Under the pieces are notes generated by a model. That model did no database searches and was not told where the DNA came from. It worked only from the letters and a program-made list of their open reading frames with translations. Shown here in pieces: positions 1-9,605 of a stretch of 64,000 bases of DNA. Every line of letters starts with the position of its first letter. The stretch's first letter is position 1. The translations under genes were made by a program, and so were the position numbers. The stretch comes from Alphaproteobacteria bacterium (GTDB lineage: Bacteria > Pseudomonadota > Alphaproteobacteria > UBA8366 > CAVOAK01), in contig CBDCIT010000040.1 of NCBI GenBank assembly GCA_965217615.1, positions 6,053-70,052 of the forward strand, written 5' to 3'.

Positions 1-1329
1 GGTCAGGCCGCGCGGTCAAGGGTTTCGTCGGCGATTAGCTGATCGAGGGTTTCCCATCCATCGACTTTGCGCATCTGGATTTGGCCGGAAGCGAGGAGCG
101 CCCAGAGGAGCATCGGCACTGTTTCGGGACACGGCAGCACGGTCTGTGTTTTGATCCGGCGCTTGAACTCCTCGTTGAGACGCTCAATGGCGTTGGTCGT
201 TCGGGCTGATTTCCATTGGCTCTTGGACAGGCGCGTGAAGGTAAAGAGCTTGTCGCCCGCTTCTGCGAGGCTGTCCGCGACGGCCCTGCATTTCAGCCGC
301 CACTTGCGGACAAACGTCTTGCGGCGGGTTTCCACCTCGGAGGCAGTGTCGGCATAGATCATATCGCGGTAATCTTCGCTCAGCTCGTCATGCATGTGTT
401 TGGGAGCATGACCCAGAAGGTTGCGGTGCTTGTGCACGGTGCAGCGTTGAACGGGAAGGTCATCGCCCCAAAGCGCCGACAGAGCCGCCTCCAGTCCCGG
501 CGCGCCATCGACGATGACAAACCCGGGCCGTTTCAGTCCACGCGCATCAAGGTCGTCGAGGAACTGGCGCCACGCCGCCTGGCTTTCTCCGCCCATATTC
601 CCGATCGAAAGCAAGACCTTCTGGCCATCCCGGCGCACCCCTATAGCCGCGAGAACCGAGATGTTGGTGGCCTTGCGATCCAGTCGGGTCTTGATCACAG
701 TGCCGTCAAGGATCAGCCGAACGATATCCTCATCCGCGAGGCCACGGCTGCACCAGGCGTCCCAATCGACCTTCACCTTGCGCCACGCCCGGCTCACAAC
801 GTCCTTGCTCACAGCACCCCGGAAGAGCCCGAACAGCGCGCGTTTCACCCGCCGCGTGTTGGTTCCGGACAGATACACCGAAGCGATCAGCGCCTCGGCC
901 TTTCTGGTCAGCCGCTGGTAGCGCGGCAGCGCCCGCGAACGCCATTCCGACGCCCGACCGTCTTCCTCAACGATCCGTGCACGCGGCACGCTCACCCTCT
1001 CGGTCCCGAATGTCCCCGTCAGTTGCCGCTCCCGGTGCCCGTTCCGATACCCTTGCCGAAGCGCGTCCTCTCGACCGTATCGGCAGCGCCCGAGAAACTG
1101 CGCAAGTTCCTCCTCAAAAACGGCCTCGATCGTGGATCTGATGTTCTCCCGCAGCCGGTCCTCGAGCGGATCATAGCCGGCGTCATTGGCCAGTAGCGAA
1201 AGCGCCGAAGTCTCGGTAGTGTTCTTCATGGCGTGATCTCCTTGGCGGTGCTAGCCGCCGGTTGGGTGGTTGTCTTGTCACCCGGAGATTACGCCATCCT
1301 CAAATTTCCACCACTTTCGAGACACAGCC
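1..1329 (-). mobile_element. IS256-family insertion sequence, copy 1 (distal end lies beyond window start)
   Basis: The inner terminus at 1329 is the reverse complement of the terminal repeat GGCTGTGTCTCGAAAGTGGTGGAAATT seen at 17027 and 29949. It carries a complete transposase ORF. The other end is off-window, so no target duplication can be checked. Confidence 0.9.
3..1229 (-). CDS. IS256-family (Mutator-type) DDE transposase, 408 aa
   Basis: Differs by 1-2 residues from the ORFs at 17127 and 30049. Length and conserved blocks (LDGTVIKTR, VDGAPGL, QRCTVHKHRN, TTNAIERLNEEFKRR) fit IS256-type transposases. Confidence 0.92.
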   Translation of the reverse strand: MKNTTETSALSLLANDAGYDPLEDRLRENIRSTIEAVFEEELAQFLGRCRYGREDALRQGYRNGHRERQLTGTFGTERVSVPRARIVEEDGRASEWRSRALPRYQRLTRKAEALIASVYLSGTNTRRVKRALFGLFRGAVSKDVVSRAWRKVKVDWDAWCSRGLADEDIVRLILDGTVIKTRLDRKATNISVLAAIGVRRDGQKVLLSIGNMGGESQAAWRQFLDDLDARGLKRPGFVIVDGAPGLEAALSALWGDDLPVQRCTVHKHRNLLGHAPKHMHDELSEDYRDMIYADTASEVETRRKTFVRKWRLKCRAVADSLAEAGDKLFTFTRLSKSQWKSARTTNAIERLNEEFKRRIKTQTVLPCPETVPMLLWALLASGQIQMRKVDGWETLDQLIADETLDRAA

Positions 1330-1426
1330 GACTGGGGGAAGCGATCTCTCTCTTGCATCCGCCATTCGCACCGGCGTTCTCTCCGCAGTGCCTCGACAGC
1401 GTGTCGACGACAAAGCGGAGCGCAGA

Positions 1427-2026
1427 TTGAGCACCGAGAATGCGGAACGGGCGGATGGCCTGGCCAAGTCGATACGCGAAGATGGAACCGCGCTGATGCG
1501 CAGCGCTGGACACGGCGACGCCTCGGCTTGCCGCATTCTCGTCGACCGCCATCTTCGTTCGATCGTCAGCTTTGCATATCGTTTCCTCGGTGACTTTGCA
1601 GAGGCGGAGGATGTGGCTCAGGAAACCTTCCTCCGATTGTGGCGGCATGCTCATCGGTGGGAGGACCGCGCGCGGCTTACAACCTGGCTGCACCGTGTCG
1701 CTCGAAACCTTTGCATCGATTTGCTGCGGAAGAAGCGACCGGCGGCTGTGGAAGACATTGCCGATCATGCCGATCCGGCGAAAGACCAGGCGGCAGCCTT
1801 GCATCGCGATTCAGCGGCACGGCACGTCATCGCCGCGCTTGCAGGGTTGCCTGAACGACAGCGTGCCGCGGTGGCGCTGACCCACTATCAGGGCCTCAGC
1901 AACATTGAAAGTGCCGAAGTCATGGGGGTCAGCGTCGAAGCGCTCGAGTCCCTTCTGTCGCGTGCGCGTCGCGGATTAAGGGATCGCCTGATGCCGCTCC
2001 GTGACGATCTCATAGGAGACCTTTGA
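1427..2026 (+). CDS. ECF-type RNA polymerase sigma-70 factor
   Basis: Region 2 and 4 motifs are present (DVAQETFLRLW, TWLHRVARNLCIDLLR, GLSNIESAEVMGVSVEALESLLSRAR). The start is uncertain (TTG 1427 or ATG 1496). The ORF-track start at 1262 lies inside the IS256 end. Confidence 0.85.
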   Translation: MSTENAERADGLAKSIREDGTALMRSAGHGDASACRILVDRHLRSIVSFAYRFLGDFAEAEDVAQETFLRLWRHAHRWEDRARLTTWLHRVARNLCIDLLRKKRPAAVEDIADHADPAKDQAAALHRDSAARHVIAALAGLPERQRAAVALTHYQGLSNIESAEVMGVSVEALESLLSRARRGLRDRLMPLRDDLIGDL

Positions 2027-2499
2027 TGGCTCGAGAACCGGCTCGAATGGAGCCAATTGATATCCAACGGTTCCAGCAATTGCTGGAAGGCTATGGCGCA
2101 CGTGAAGATCGCTGGCCGGCCGCCGAGCGAGAGGCGTCGTTGGCATTTATGCGGGTCTCGTCGGATGCGCGGAGGCTCCATCATGAAGCGTCCGAGCTCG
2201 ACCGCATTCTCGATCTAGCGATTTCACCTGAACCGTCATCGGAATTGGCGGCACGAGTCGTCGCCACGGCGAGACGCGCACCTAGTTGGGGTGAACGACT
2301 GTCCGTCATTGCCGAGGAGATATGGCCGTTTGGCCGGAAATGGCAGGCCGCGGCGATATTCGCCTCGGCAGCGATCCTCGGGCTCGCACTGGGAACCGTT
2401 CCGCTGCCGCCAACGGCGGGCCAGGACGAATTGCCGATCATTGAGGAAATAGCCCTGCTTACATTCGGACCCGAACTCACCACGGAGGACCAGGAGTAA
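2026..2499 (+). CDS. putative anti-sigma factor / single-pass membrane protein cotranscribed with the ECF sigma
   Basis: ATG 2026 overlaps the sigma stop (TGATG). There is one hydrophobic segment (AAAIFASAAILGLALG). The position is typical of a cognate anti-sigma factor, but no recognisable zinc-binding motif is present. Confidence 0.5.
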   Translation: MAREPARMEPIDIQRFQQLLEGYGAREDRWPAAEREASLAFMRVSSDARRLHHEASELDRILDLAISPEPSSELAARVVATARRAPSWGERLSVIAEEIWPFGRKWQAAAIFASAAILGLALGTVPLPPTAGQDELPIIEEIALLTFGPELTTEDQE

Positions 2500-2960
2500 T
2501 GCCACAAATGTCAAAGCGATGGGCGATCGTCCTCTTTTCGTCGCTCGCCCTCAATCTGTTTATCGGCGGCGTATTCGTCTCGCATTGGGCGTTCCACGGC
2601 CGCGATGTCGCGAGGTCCCACGCATTCGGGCTCCGTGGTGCGAGCCGCCACATGGATGAGGATACCCGAGCCGCGATGCGTCGCATGTGGTCGGGACATG
2701 CTGACGAAATGCGTCCGCTTTGGGAAACGACGCACCAGACGGTACAAGAATCCGTCGCAGCGTTTAGTGCAGAGCCGTTCGACAGAGGCGCTTTGGAGGC
2801 CGCGCTGGCGAAGGCGCTGGCGGCTTCCGTCGCATTGCAAGAGGCGTTTCACGCGGCGATTGTTGGCACGGCACAAGAACTGACACCGGAGCAGCGTCGC
2901 AGTCTTTCCAACGCCGCTTCTCGTCGCTTGCATCGACTGCCGGGCGGGCGCCGGAAGTAA
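2499..2960 (+). CDS. periplasmic heavy-metal-sensor / Spy-CpxP-like protein
   Basis: The start overlaps the upstream stop (TAATG). It has an N-terminal hydrophobic anchor (WAIVLFSSLALNLFIGGVFV) and a helical C-terminal part with LTPEQR. This third-gene arrangement is common after ECF sigma/anti-sigma pairs. Confidence 0.6.
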   Translation: MPQMSKRWAIVLFSSLALNLFIGGVFVSHWAFHGRDVARSHAFGLRGASRHMDEDTRAAMRRMWSGHADEMRPLWETTHQTVQESVAAFSAEPFDRGALEAALAKALAASVALQEAFHAAIVGTAQELTPEQRRSLSNAASRRLHRLPGGRRK

Positions 2961-3123
2961 GGGGGAGTTGCTGCTCGCCTGCCGGCAAACGAATAGGTCG
3001 GAAATCGTTGCTTCGGAACGAGCAAGAATAGGAACGTCCGCGCCAACCCGCCGCTGAACCGTCTTCCATGTCCGCGCACAACACGTCAAATTGACGCCGG
3101 CTGGATAGGGGAGCGAAAACGCG

Positions 3124-5244
3124 ATGTCGTCGAAACCGCCGATTGCTGCCAAGCGCAAAACCAAGACCGAGCGCCACGGATATCTGCAACAGGACGACTA
3201 TGCCTGGCTCAAGGCGCCGAATTGGCAGCAGGTGATGCGCGACCCCGGCGTGTTGGATCCCGATATCAATGCCTATTTGGAGGCTGAAAACGCCCACACA
3301 ATGGATATCTTGGCGCCGGTCGAAGGCTTAAGACAGCAGCTGCTCGAAGAAATGAAGGGCCGCATCAAACAAGACGATTCAACGGTTCCTGCACAAGATG
3401 GCGCCTATGCTTACTACCAACGATACGAGACCGGTGGCCAGCATCCGATCTTCTGCCGTCGTCACGGCGCAAACGGCGCGCCGGAAGAGACGCTCCTCGA
3501 TGCCGAGCGCATGGCGGCCGACGAAGCCTTTTTTCGGATCGCTGGATGCGGACACAGCCCGGACCACCGCCGCTTGGCCTACGCCTTAGATTTGAAGGGC
3601 TCTGAATACTACACGGTGCACGTTAAGGACCTTGAGTCCGCGGATCTGCTTGCCGATCAAATCGCCGATACACAGGGCGGCATCGTCTGGGGCAATGATG
3701 GCCAATCGCTAATCTATGCCAGGCTCGACGAAAATCACCGGCCGTCGCAAGTGTATCGTCACCTGCTCGGGGATGAGGTCGAAAACGATCAGCTACTCTA
3801 TGAGGAGACAGATCCCAGTTTCTTCGTCTCGATCGGTAAGACCGAGAGTCGGCGCTTCATCGTCATCAAGTCGAGCGACCACGGATTGACGGCTGAGGTC
3901 CGCACACTCGATGCCGACGTGCCGAATTCGATGCCGGTGCTGTTTGCCGCCCGCGACGAGGGCATCGACTACGATATCAGCGACCACGGTGATCGATTCC
4001 TCATTCTGACGAATGCTGACGATGCAATCGACTACAAGATCATGGAAACGCTGATCGCGTCCCGCGATCGTACTCATTGGCGCGACATGGTGCCGCACGA
4101 ACCGGGTCGTCTGATCAGGACCCTGGAGGTCTTTCACGACTATCTGGTATGGCTGGAACGGTCGGAAGGCTTGCCGCGTCTCGTCGTGATGCGGTTTGCC
4201 GATGGTGATCGCCATGAGGTCTCGTTCGACGAGGAAGCCTACGATCTGGGGATCGTTCCCGGCTACGAATACGAGACCCCGAATTTACGCTTCTCGTATA
4301 GCTCGCTAACCACGCCGCGTCAGACTTTCGACTACGGCATGGGCAATCGTAGCCGGACACTGCGCAAGGAGCAGGAGATCCCGAGCGGCCACGATCCCTC
4401 TGCGTATCTAAGCCGTAGGCTCTACGCGACAAGCCACGATGGAACGCAGGTGCCGATCTCGCTGTTCCATGCTCGGTCCACGCCGATTGACGGGACTGCA
4501 CCGCTCCTGCTGTACGGTTACGGATCCTACGGCCTATCGATTCCGGCTAGTTTTGCAGCTAACCATCTGAGCTTGGCGGATCGCGGATTCGTCTATGCGA
4601 TCGCGCATATTCGCGGTGGCACCGACAAGGGCTATGCGTGGTACTTCGACGGCAAGCTCCGCAACAAACGCAACACGTTCCTCGACTTCATCGCCGCTGC
4701 CGAGCATTTGATCGGCAGCGGCTACACGCAAAAGCAGCGAATTGTTGCGCAAGGCGGCAGCGCCGGCGGCATGTTGATGGGGGCGGTCGCGAACATGCGG
4801 CCCGAACTATTCAAAGCAATCATCGCCGAAGTGCCATTCGTCGATGTGCTGAATACGATGTGCGACGCGGACCTGCCGCTGACGCCGCCGGAATGGACGG
4901 AATGGGGCAACCCGATCAGTGACAAGCAAGCCTACGATACCATTCGCTCCTATTGCCCCTATTCCAATGTCGCTCGCCAATCCTATCCGGACATCCTTGT
5001 GACCGCCGGCCTGACCGACCCGCGCGTCACATATTGGGAGCCCGCAAAATGGGTAGCGAAACTGAGGGCGCTCAAGGCAGACGAAAATCTACTGCTTCTG
5101 CGCACGATTATGGACGCCGGGCATGCGGGCGCGTCAGGACGCTTCGAGAAATTGGAAGAGGTCGCTCTGGTTTACGCGTTTGCGCTTATGGGCACCTCTA
5201 AAAAAATGCCATTTTCGCGCACCGTCGGTTTAGAATCGGGTTGA
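3124..5244 (+). CDS. ptrB: S9A serine peptidase, oligopeptidase B (protease II); last codons now supplied by IS5 sequence
   Basis: 706-aa ORF with the catalytic block GGSAGGMLMGAVANMRPELFKAIIAEVPFVDVLNTMCDADLPLTPPEWTEWGNP. The IS5 left end sits at 5189, inside the 3' end of the gene. Confidence 0.85.
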   Translation: MSSKPPIAAKRKTKTERHGYLQQDDYAWLKAPNWQQVMRDPGVLDPDINAYLEAENAHTMDILAPVEGLRQQLLEEMKGRIKQDDSTVPAQDGAYAYYQRYETGGQHPIFCRRHGANGAPEETLLDAERMAADEAFFRIAGCGHSPDHRRLAYALDLKGSEYYTVHVKDLESADLLADQIADTQGGIVWGNDGQSLIYARLDENHRPSQVYRHLLGDEVENDQLLYEETDPSFFVSIGKTESRRFIVIKSSDHGLTAEVRTLDADVPNSMPVLFAARDEGIDYDISDHGDRFLILTNADDAIDYKIMETLIASRDRTHWRDMVPHEPGRLIRTLEVFHDYLVWLERSEGLPRLVVMRFADGDRHEVSFDEEAYDLGIVPGYEYETPNLRFSYSSLTTPRQTFDYGMGNRSRTLRKEQEIPSGHDPSAYLSRRLYATSHDGTQVPISLFHARSTPIDGTAPLLLYGYGSYGLSIPASFAANHLSLADRGFVYAIAHIRGGTDKGYAWYFDGKLRNKRNTFLDFIAAAEHLIGSGYTQKQRIVAQGGSAGGMLMGAVANMRPELFKAIIAEVPFVDVLNTMCDADLPLTPPEWTEWGNPISDKQAYDTIRSYCPYSNVARQSYPDILVTAGLTDPRVTYWEPAKWVAKLRALKADENLLLLRTIMDAGHAGASGRFEKLEEVALVYAFALMGTSKKMPFSRTVGLESG

Positions 5245-6476
5245 CGATTTGTTGACATCGGGAGGGGTGTTCATGGGTCAGATAGGATTTTTTGATCTTT
5301 CGAAGCGGTATACCGGGCTGGACGCCAAGAACGAGCCTCTGGCGAAGATCGACGAGGTTGTTCCGTGGGAAGACTTCCGTGAGTGTTTGGATGCGGTGTG
5401 TCGGCGTTCGGACAAGGCGCGCAAGTCGCGGGCGGGACGCAAGCCGTGGGACGCGGTGGTGATGTTCAAGACGATCATTCTGAGCGCACTCTACAATCTG
5501 TCGGACGATCAGGTTGAGCATCAGATCCGGGATCGCCTGTCGTTCATGCGGTTTTTGGGGTTGGGTCTGGAGGACCGGGTTCCCGATGCCAAGACAGTGT
5601 GGCTGTACCGCGAACAGTTGACGCAAGCTGGGGAGATCGAGACCTTATTCGAGACGTTCGATGGCCACCTGAAGGATCAGGGCTATCTGGCGATGGGCGG
5701 CCAGATCATCGACGCCTCGATCGTGGCGGTGCCCAAACAGCGCAACAGCCGCAAGGAGAACGCGGGGATAAAGGCTGGCGAGACGCCGGAATGCTGGCAG
5801 GATAAGCCGGCAAAGCGGCGCCAAAAGGATGTCGAGGCGCGGTGGACCAAGAAGCACGGCAGGAGCCATTACGGCTACAAGAACCATGTCAACGTGGACC
5901 GTCGGCACAAGCTGGTGCGGCGCTATCAGGTGAGCGACGCGGCGACGCACGACAGTAAGGTTCTCGACGATATCCTGGATGGGGACAACACGGCCTTGGG
6001 CGTATGGGCGGACAGCGCTTATCGCTCGGCGGGGATCGAGGCGGCGCTGAAGAAGAAGGGGTTGAGGAGCCGGATCCATCGCAAAGCCCGCCGCAACAAG
6101 CCGCTGAGCGAGCGCGAGAAGCAAGGCAACAAGACCCGTTCGTCCGTTCGGGTCCGCGTCGAGCATGTTTTCGGGGCCCAGAGCAACGACATGGGCGGGA
6201 CGCTGCGGCGTAGTGTCGGGCTGGCGCGGGCAAAGGCTCGGATAGGGCTGAAGAACCTCGCCTACAACATGCGCCGTCTGGTCCAACTGAACCGCCTCGC
6301 CGCGGCGGTGTGACAATACTCTGAGTAGGAGATCGCCTGGGCACGGTCTTGAAGCGGAAATAGCTCAATTGGAGCGCGGGAAACTCCCGGAAATCCCGGT
6401 GCCAGCATGGCCGCAGACGGCCACAGCCCGTTTAACCAATCATCCTCTGTCAAATCGCGAATTCTTAGAGGTGCCC
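5189..6476 (+). mobile_element. IS5-family (IS5-group) insertion sequence, 1,288 bp
   Basis: 12-bp perfect terminal inverted repeat GGGCACCTCTAA / TTAGAGGTGCCC, extending imperfectly to about 25 bp. The flanking direct repeat is TTAT (5185..5188 and 6477..6480); its register is ambiguous by 1-2 nt. Confidence 0.85.
5273..6313 (+). CDS. IS5-family DDE transposase
   Basis: 346 aa starting at ATG 5273 after GGGAGGGG. It shows the N-terminal MGQIGFFDL...PWDAVVMFKTIILSALYNLSDDQ block and the C-terminal ADSAYRS / VRVRVEHVFG blocks typical of the IS5 group. Confidence 0.9.
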   Translation: MGQIGFFDLSKRYTGLDAKNEPLAKIDEVVPWEDFRECLDAVCRRSDKARKSRAGRKPWDAVVMFKTIILSALYNLSDDQVEHQIRDRLSFMRFLGLGLEDRVPDAKTVWLYREQLTQAGEIETLFETFDGHLKDQGYLAMGGQIIDASIVAVPKQRNSRKENAGIKAGETPECWQDKPAKRRQKDVEARWTKKHGRSHYGYKNHVNVDRRHKLVRRYQVSDAATHDSKVLDDILDGDNTALGVWADSAYRSAGIEAALKKKGLRSRIHRKARRNKPLSEREKQGNKTRSSVRVRVEHVFGAQSNDMGGTLRRSVGLARAKARIGLKNLAYNMRRLVQLNRLAAAV

Positions 6477-6527
6477 TTATGGTGTTCGGGATCTCGACCT
6501 GACTTATCTCTCGATACGTTGTTGTCG

Positions 6528-7424
6528 TTACGGTGCCAGTTTTTCATCCTCGTAAACACCGAAATATCGGTTCCCCACGTTGCGTTGCGCGGTGTAAATC
6601 GAATCCGGATCGACCGGATCTGGCAAAGGGATTCGGACCGGCACGGCGACCATCCGTGGATCGATCGTCGGTCTTCCTGCGATCATGCGGTCGTCGAAAT
6701 CTTCCAGCGACTTGAACGCCGCGTAGCCGCCGGAGAGCGGCCATGAGTCGGCGGCCGCAAGATCGTAAAGCAGCAGGCGTCGGTCCTTGCCAGATCGGTT
6801 GAGGTCGGAACCGTGCACGGCCCGCACGTGATGGAGCGTAATCGAACCCGCCGGTCCGGTCAGCTTTGTAGCTCGCGAGAAATCGGCGCCGCTCGTGACC
6901 GCGTCCATCGCGGCACAAAATCGACCGTCGCGATGGTGGTCGTATATCGGACCGCGGTGACTTTGCGGCAAAACCATCAACGGACCGTTTTCTTCCGTCA
7001 TGGCGTCCAGCATGATGCCGACCGTCAACTGATCGTCGTTGGTGCTGGGTACGAACGCCCAGTCCTGATGCCACTCGATCGCGGCGCCGAAGCCCGCGTA
7101 TTTGTTGTTTATCTTAGAGGACTTGAGCCGAATGTCCGGGCCGATCAATTGTTCAACAATTTCAACGATTTTCGGACTGCTCACCGTCTCCCAGAACAGC
7201 GGCGAGATCTGATGCGGACGTTTGATGCGGTGCACCCGCGGATGCTCCGGCGAATGCGACTCCTCAAGATCGTAAACCGTGTCGTTCTTCGTGACGTCGC
7301 TTGACAGTTCGGTGATCTCTTCGGTTTTCGCGACGAGCGCTGCGATTTCGGCCTGTGACAGCACGTTCTCGACGACGAGAAAACCATATTCCCGATAGTG
7401 GGCGATTTGCTGCGGGGTCAACAT
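6528..7424 (-). CDS. phytanoyl-CoA dioxygenase (PhyH) family Fe(II)/2-oxoglutarate oxygenase
   Basis: N-terminus is MLTPQQIAHYREYGFLVVENVL, with WHQDWAF and HHVRAVHGS motifs. The start was chosen at ATG 7424. Confidence 0.8.
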   Translation of the reverse strand: MLTPQQIAHYREYGFLVVENVLSQAEIAALVAKTEEITELSSDVTKNDTVYDLEESHSPEHPRVHRIKRPHQISPLFWETVSSPKIVEIVEQLIGPDIRLKSSKINNKYAGFGAAIEWHQDWAFVPSTNDDQLTVGIMLDAMTEENGPLMVLPQSHRGPIYDHHRDGRFCAAMDAVTSGADFSRATKLTGPAGSITLHHVRAVHGSDLNRSGKDRRLLLYDLAAADSWPLSGGYAAFKSLEDFDDRMIAGRPTIDPRMVAVPVRIPLPDPVDPDSIYTAQRNVGNRYFGVYEDEKLAP

Positions 7425-7562
7425 TGCGTGTCGCGTCACTCGATCCAACGGCATTCTAGACCAGGGCAATTTCAGTGATTCAATAGCATGGACGTTTTGT
7501 GGAGACCAGGGAGGCCTGCGCTGGGCCGAGGATAGAGCGGTGCGGCCGTCTGCCGGCTGCGG

Positions 7563-8880
7563 TCAGTCGCCCGCGCGGTTGCTCGTCTTTGAGACCACCA
7601 GCAGGGCGACGGTTTGCAGCACGGCCGCGACGAGGCTCAGCGCGAAAACGGCGGCGAAGTTGAATGTGATGGCGATGCCAGCGCCCAACACTGGAAACAG
7701 CGCCGCCGGCGCAACAAGGGCGTTGAAGTAGCCGCTATAGGCCGGGCGCAGGTCCTGCGGCGATATTTCCATCAGATACCCGATATAGGCGATGGCACGG
7801 CCGTTGCCGACGGCCCCGAGAACAAAGAAAACGGTGGCGAACCAGGGTAGCAACCAGGGTGAACCGGACGTGCCGACCGCCATCCAAGGGAGCATGGCGA
7901 TCGGGCCGACCACATTGAGGGCGGAGACCAACCGCAGGAGGCTCAGTTTTCCGCGGCGGTCGCCCCACCAGCCCCAGAGCGTGTTTGAGAGCAGTGCGCC
8001 TATGGTTTGCGCGCCGAGTAGAATTCCGACGAATGGGATCACGCGTTCCCCCGGTGCGACTTGGAGAATGTAAAATGGAAGCGCCATGGATACAGCTCCA
8101 GCCAGCCATTGCACGTAAAGAAATGTGCGAAAGCGCCGATCCTCTTTGAGGACGGCAATGCCCTGTCCTAGAAACGATTTGAAACCACGGGGAGCTTGCG
8201 CTGGTAAAGGCGCTGGGCTTTCTGTCGCAGATACGAAAAACACGGCCGAAAGTGCAAGGGTCACCGCACCGACAGAGAGTGTGGCGGCATAGCTTGGAAA
8301 AAAATGCGTAGCGGCGCAGTAGTTCATGCGCAGCGCCGGCAACGATGAGCGCCAGGATGCCGCCGCCGAAAAATCGTAGAGCCAATAGCCGGCTGCGGCG
8401 CGACGACGGTACGGACCGGGCGACGATATCGTTGTAGGGAACGCCGACAATACCGCTGACGAACCCATAGAGGGTCCAGAGGACGAAAAACGCCGCTATA
8501 ATGATGATCCCCGGTAGATTGGCGCCGAACCAAAGGAGCATGGCAATTGCCGCGAGGCAGGCGGCTCGGCCAAACGCGCCGAATTTGTAGTAGGGCATTC
8601 GTCGTTTCCGACGCTGCGCCAGATATGAGACGATGATTTGTGGAAACAGCCAGCCGTATCGTGTGATGGCAGCTGCAATACCGACCGCCAGCGAGCTTCC
8701 CGTCAAGCCTTGAACAAGCGCGGAGACAATGGTGTTTGCCTCCACCGAGGCAACACCACCCTGAAAGAACACGCCAGAGGCTGCGAAGCGCCAAAAGTTG
8801 CCGGTTTCGCCCGGTGGGTCACTTTGCTTGTCATCATCTGCGGCCGGGCTTGAACCGTCAGTTGACAAGGGCGTCCCCAT
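7563..8880 (-). pseudogene. MFS transporter, frameshifted (1,318 nt, one nt too many)
   Basis: Two overlapping ORFs (7735..8880 and 7563..8468) each carry half of a 12-TM MFS-like protein. Removing one A from the A7 run at 8298..8304 gives a continuous 438-aa frame (..HELLRRYAFFPSYAATLSVGA..). Confidence 0.7.
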
Positions 8881-8888
8881 ATTTCGGC

Positions 8889-9206
8889 CTACTTCTTACG
8901 CTTGCCGCGGCGCGAGGCGTCCACCGCGCTGGTGGCCCAGGTCTCCATTTGTTGCCAGCTTTCCAGGCTCTCCGGAGGAGCCGAATAATACGGCATCTTC
9001 CCGTGGGTCTTGGACCCGCGGGCTTCGAAGGCCGCCCGGTTCCCGTCGTCGGTCTTGAGAAAAAGCTCGTCGTTTCGTGATATCAGCGCGAACATGGTTC
9101 CTTCCAGGAATACGCCGTGGCCGCCGAACATTCGCTTGGCGGTCACCTCGCCAAGCGGCGTCAACACGCGCAAAACCTTCGAGACAAATTCGCTTGGTTC
9201 GGCCAT
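8889..9206 (-). CDS. TfoX/Sxy N-terminal-domain family protein
   Basis: 105 aa with KRMFGGHGVFLEGTMFALISRNDELFLKTD, the typical TfoX_N pattern. Confidence 0.75.
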   Translation of the reverse strand: MAEPSEFVSKVLRVLTPLGEVTAKRMFGGHGVFLEGTMFALISRNDELFLKTDDGNRAAFEARGSKTHGKMPYYSAPPESLESWQQMETWATSAVDASRRGKRKK

Positions 9207-9283
9207 CGCTTGTCATCCATCATTGGCGGAGATCATCCGATGCGTGCAAATTAGACCTTCATATACATTGAGCTTAGAGCAGC

Positions 9284-9530
9284 TCAGTATTTATCACCCT
9301 TCTCCCGATTCTTTGTCGTGTTCAACGCGCGAAGATTTCGGCGATGATTGGAACCACCCTTGGCTTTTGGCCGGCGATGGTCAACTTCCCAGCCGACTTC
9401 ACCCTCCGTTCCATAGGAAGGCTTGTACATCGGCTTGCCCATTTCATCGCGGCGCCAGAGGTTAGGATTTTTGCCTCGAATTGTTTTGGCCTGTTCCCAG
9501 GTCCATTCAATATCACTTTGTCTTTACCAT
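9284..9530 (-). pseudogene. small HNH endonuclease-family gene with disrupted start region
   Basis: This frame is not in the ORF track. It reads DIEWTWEQAKTIRGKNPNLWRRDEMGKPMYKPSYGTEGEVGWEVDHRRPKAKGGSNHRRNLRALNTTKNREKGDKY*, with the HNH signature DH..P...GG....NL..L....N..KG. There is no in-frame ATG/GTG/TTG before the motif. ATG 9530 (MVKTK*) is one nucleotide out of frame. Confidence 0.55.
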
Positions 9531-9560
9531 CGTTTCAGTCTCTACATATGATTGAAGCAA

Positions 9561-9605
9561 CGACGCCGTCGCCGATTCGTAAAGTCGTGACAGGCGTCGC
9601 TTTTT
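9561..9605 (+). terminator. intrinsic-terminator-like hairpin (orphan)
   Basis: CGACGCC (9561..9567) pairs with GGCGTCG (9593..9599), with inner GTC/GAC and CGA/TCG pairs, followed by C TTTTT (9600..9605). No obvious plus-strand gene ends here. Confidence 0.3.

Noticed and set aside
216-1196. 326-aa ORFs antisense to each IS256 transposase (also 17160..18140 and 30082..31062), and similar long antisense ORFs in other genes (for example 47221..48123, 47615..48484, 42488..43708, 59598..60677, 63409..63981)
   Set aside because: They have Pro/Arg/Ala-rich low-complexity translations typical of the antisense frame of high-GC genes. The sense-strand products have clear family motifs.
6358-6371. 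14-nt match GAAATAGCTCAATT shared with about 16401..16414
   Set aside because: Roughly ten or more exact 14-mer coincidences are expected by chance in 64 kb on both strands, and there is no extended similarity around it.
9322-9516. 64-aa ORF from the track (MILNGPGNRPKQFEAK..)
   Set aside because: It is the wrong frame. The overlapping frame encodes a recognisable HNH signature.
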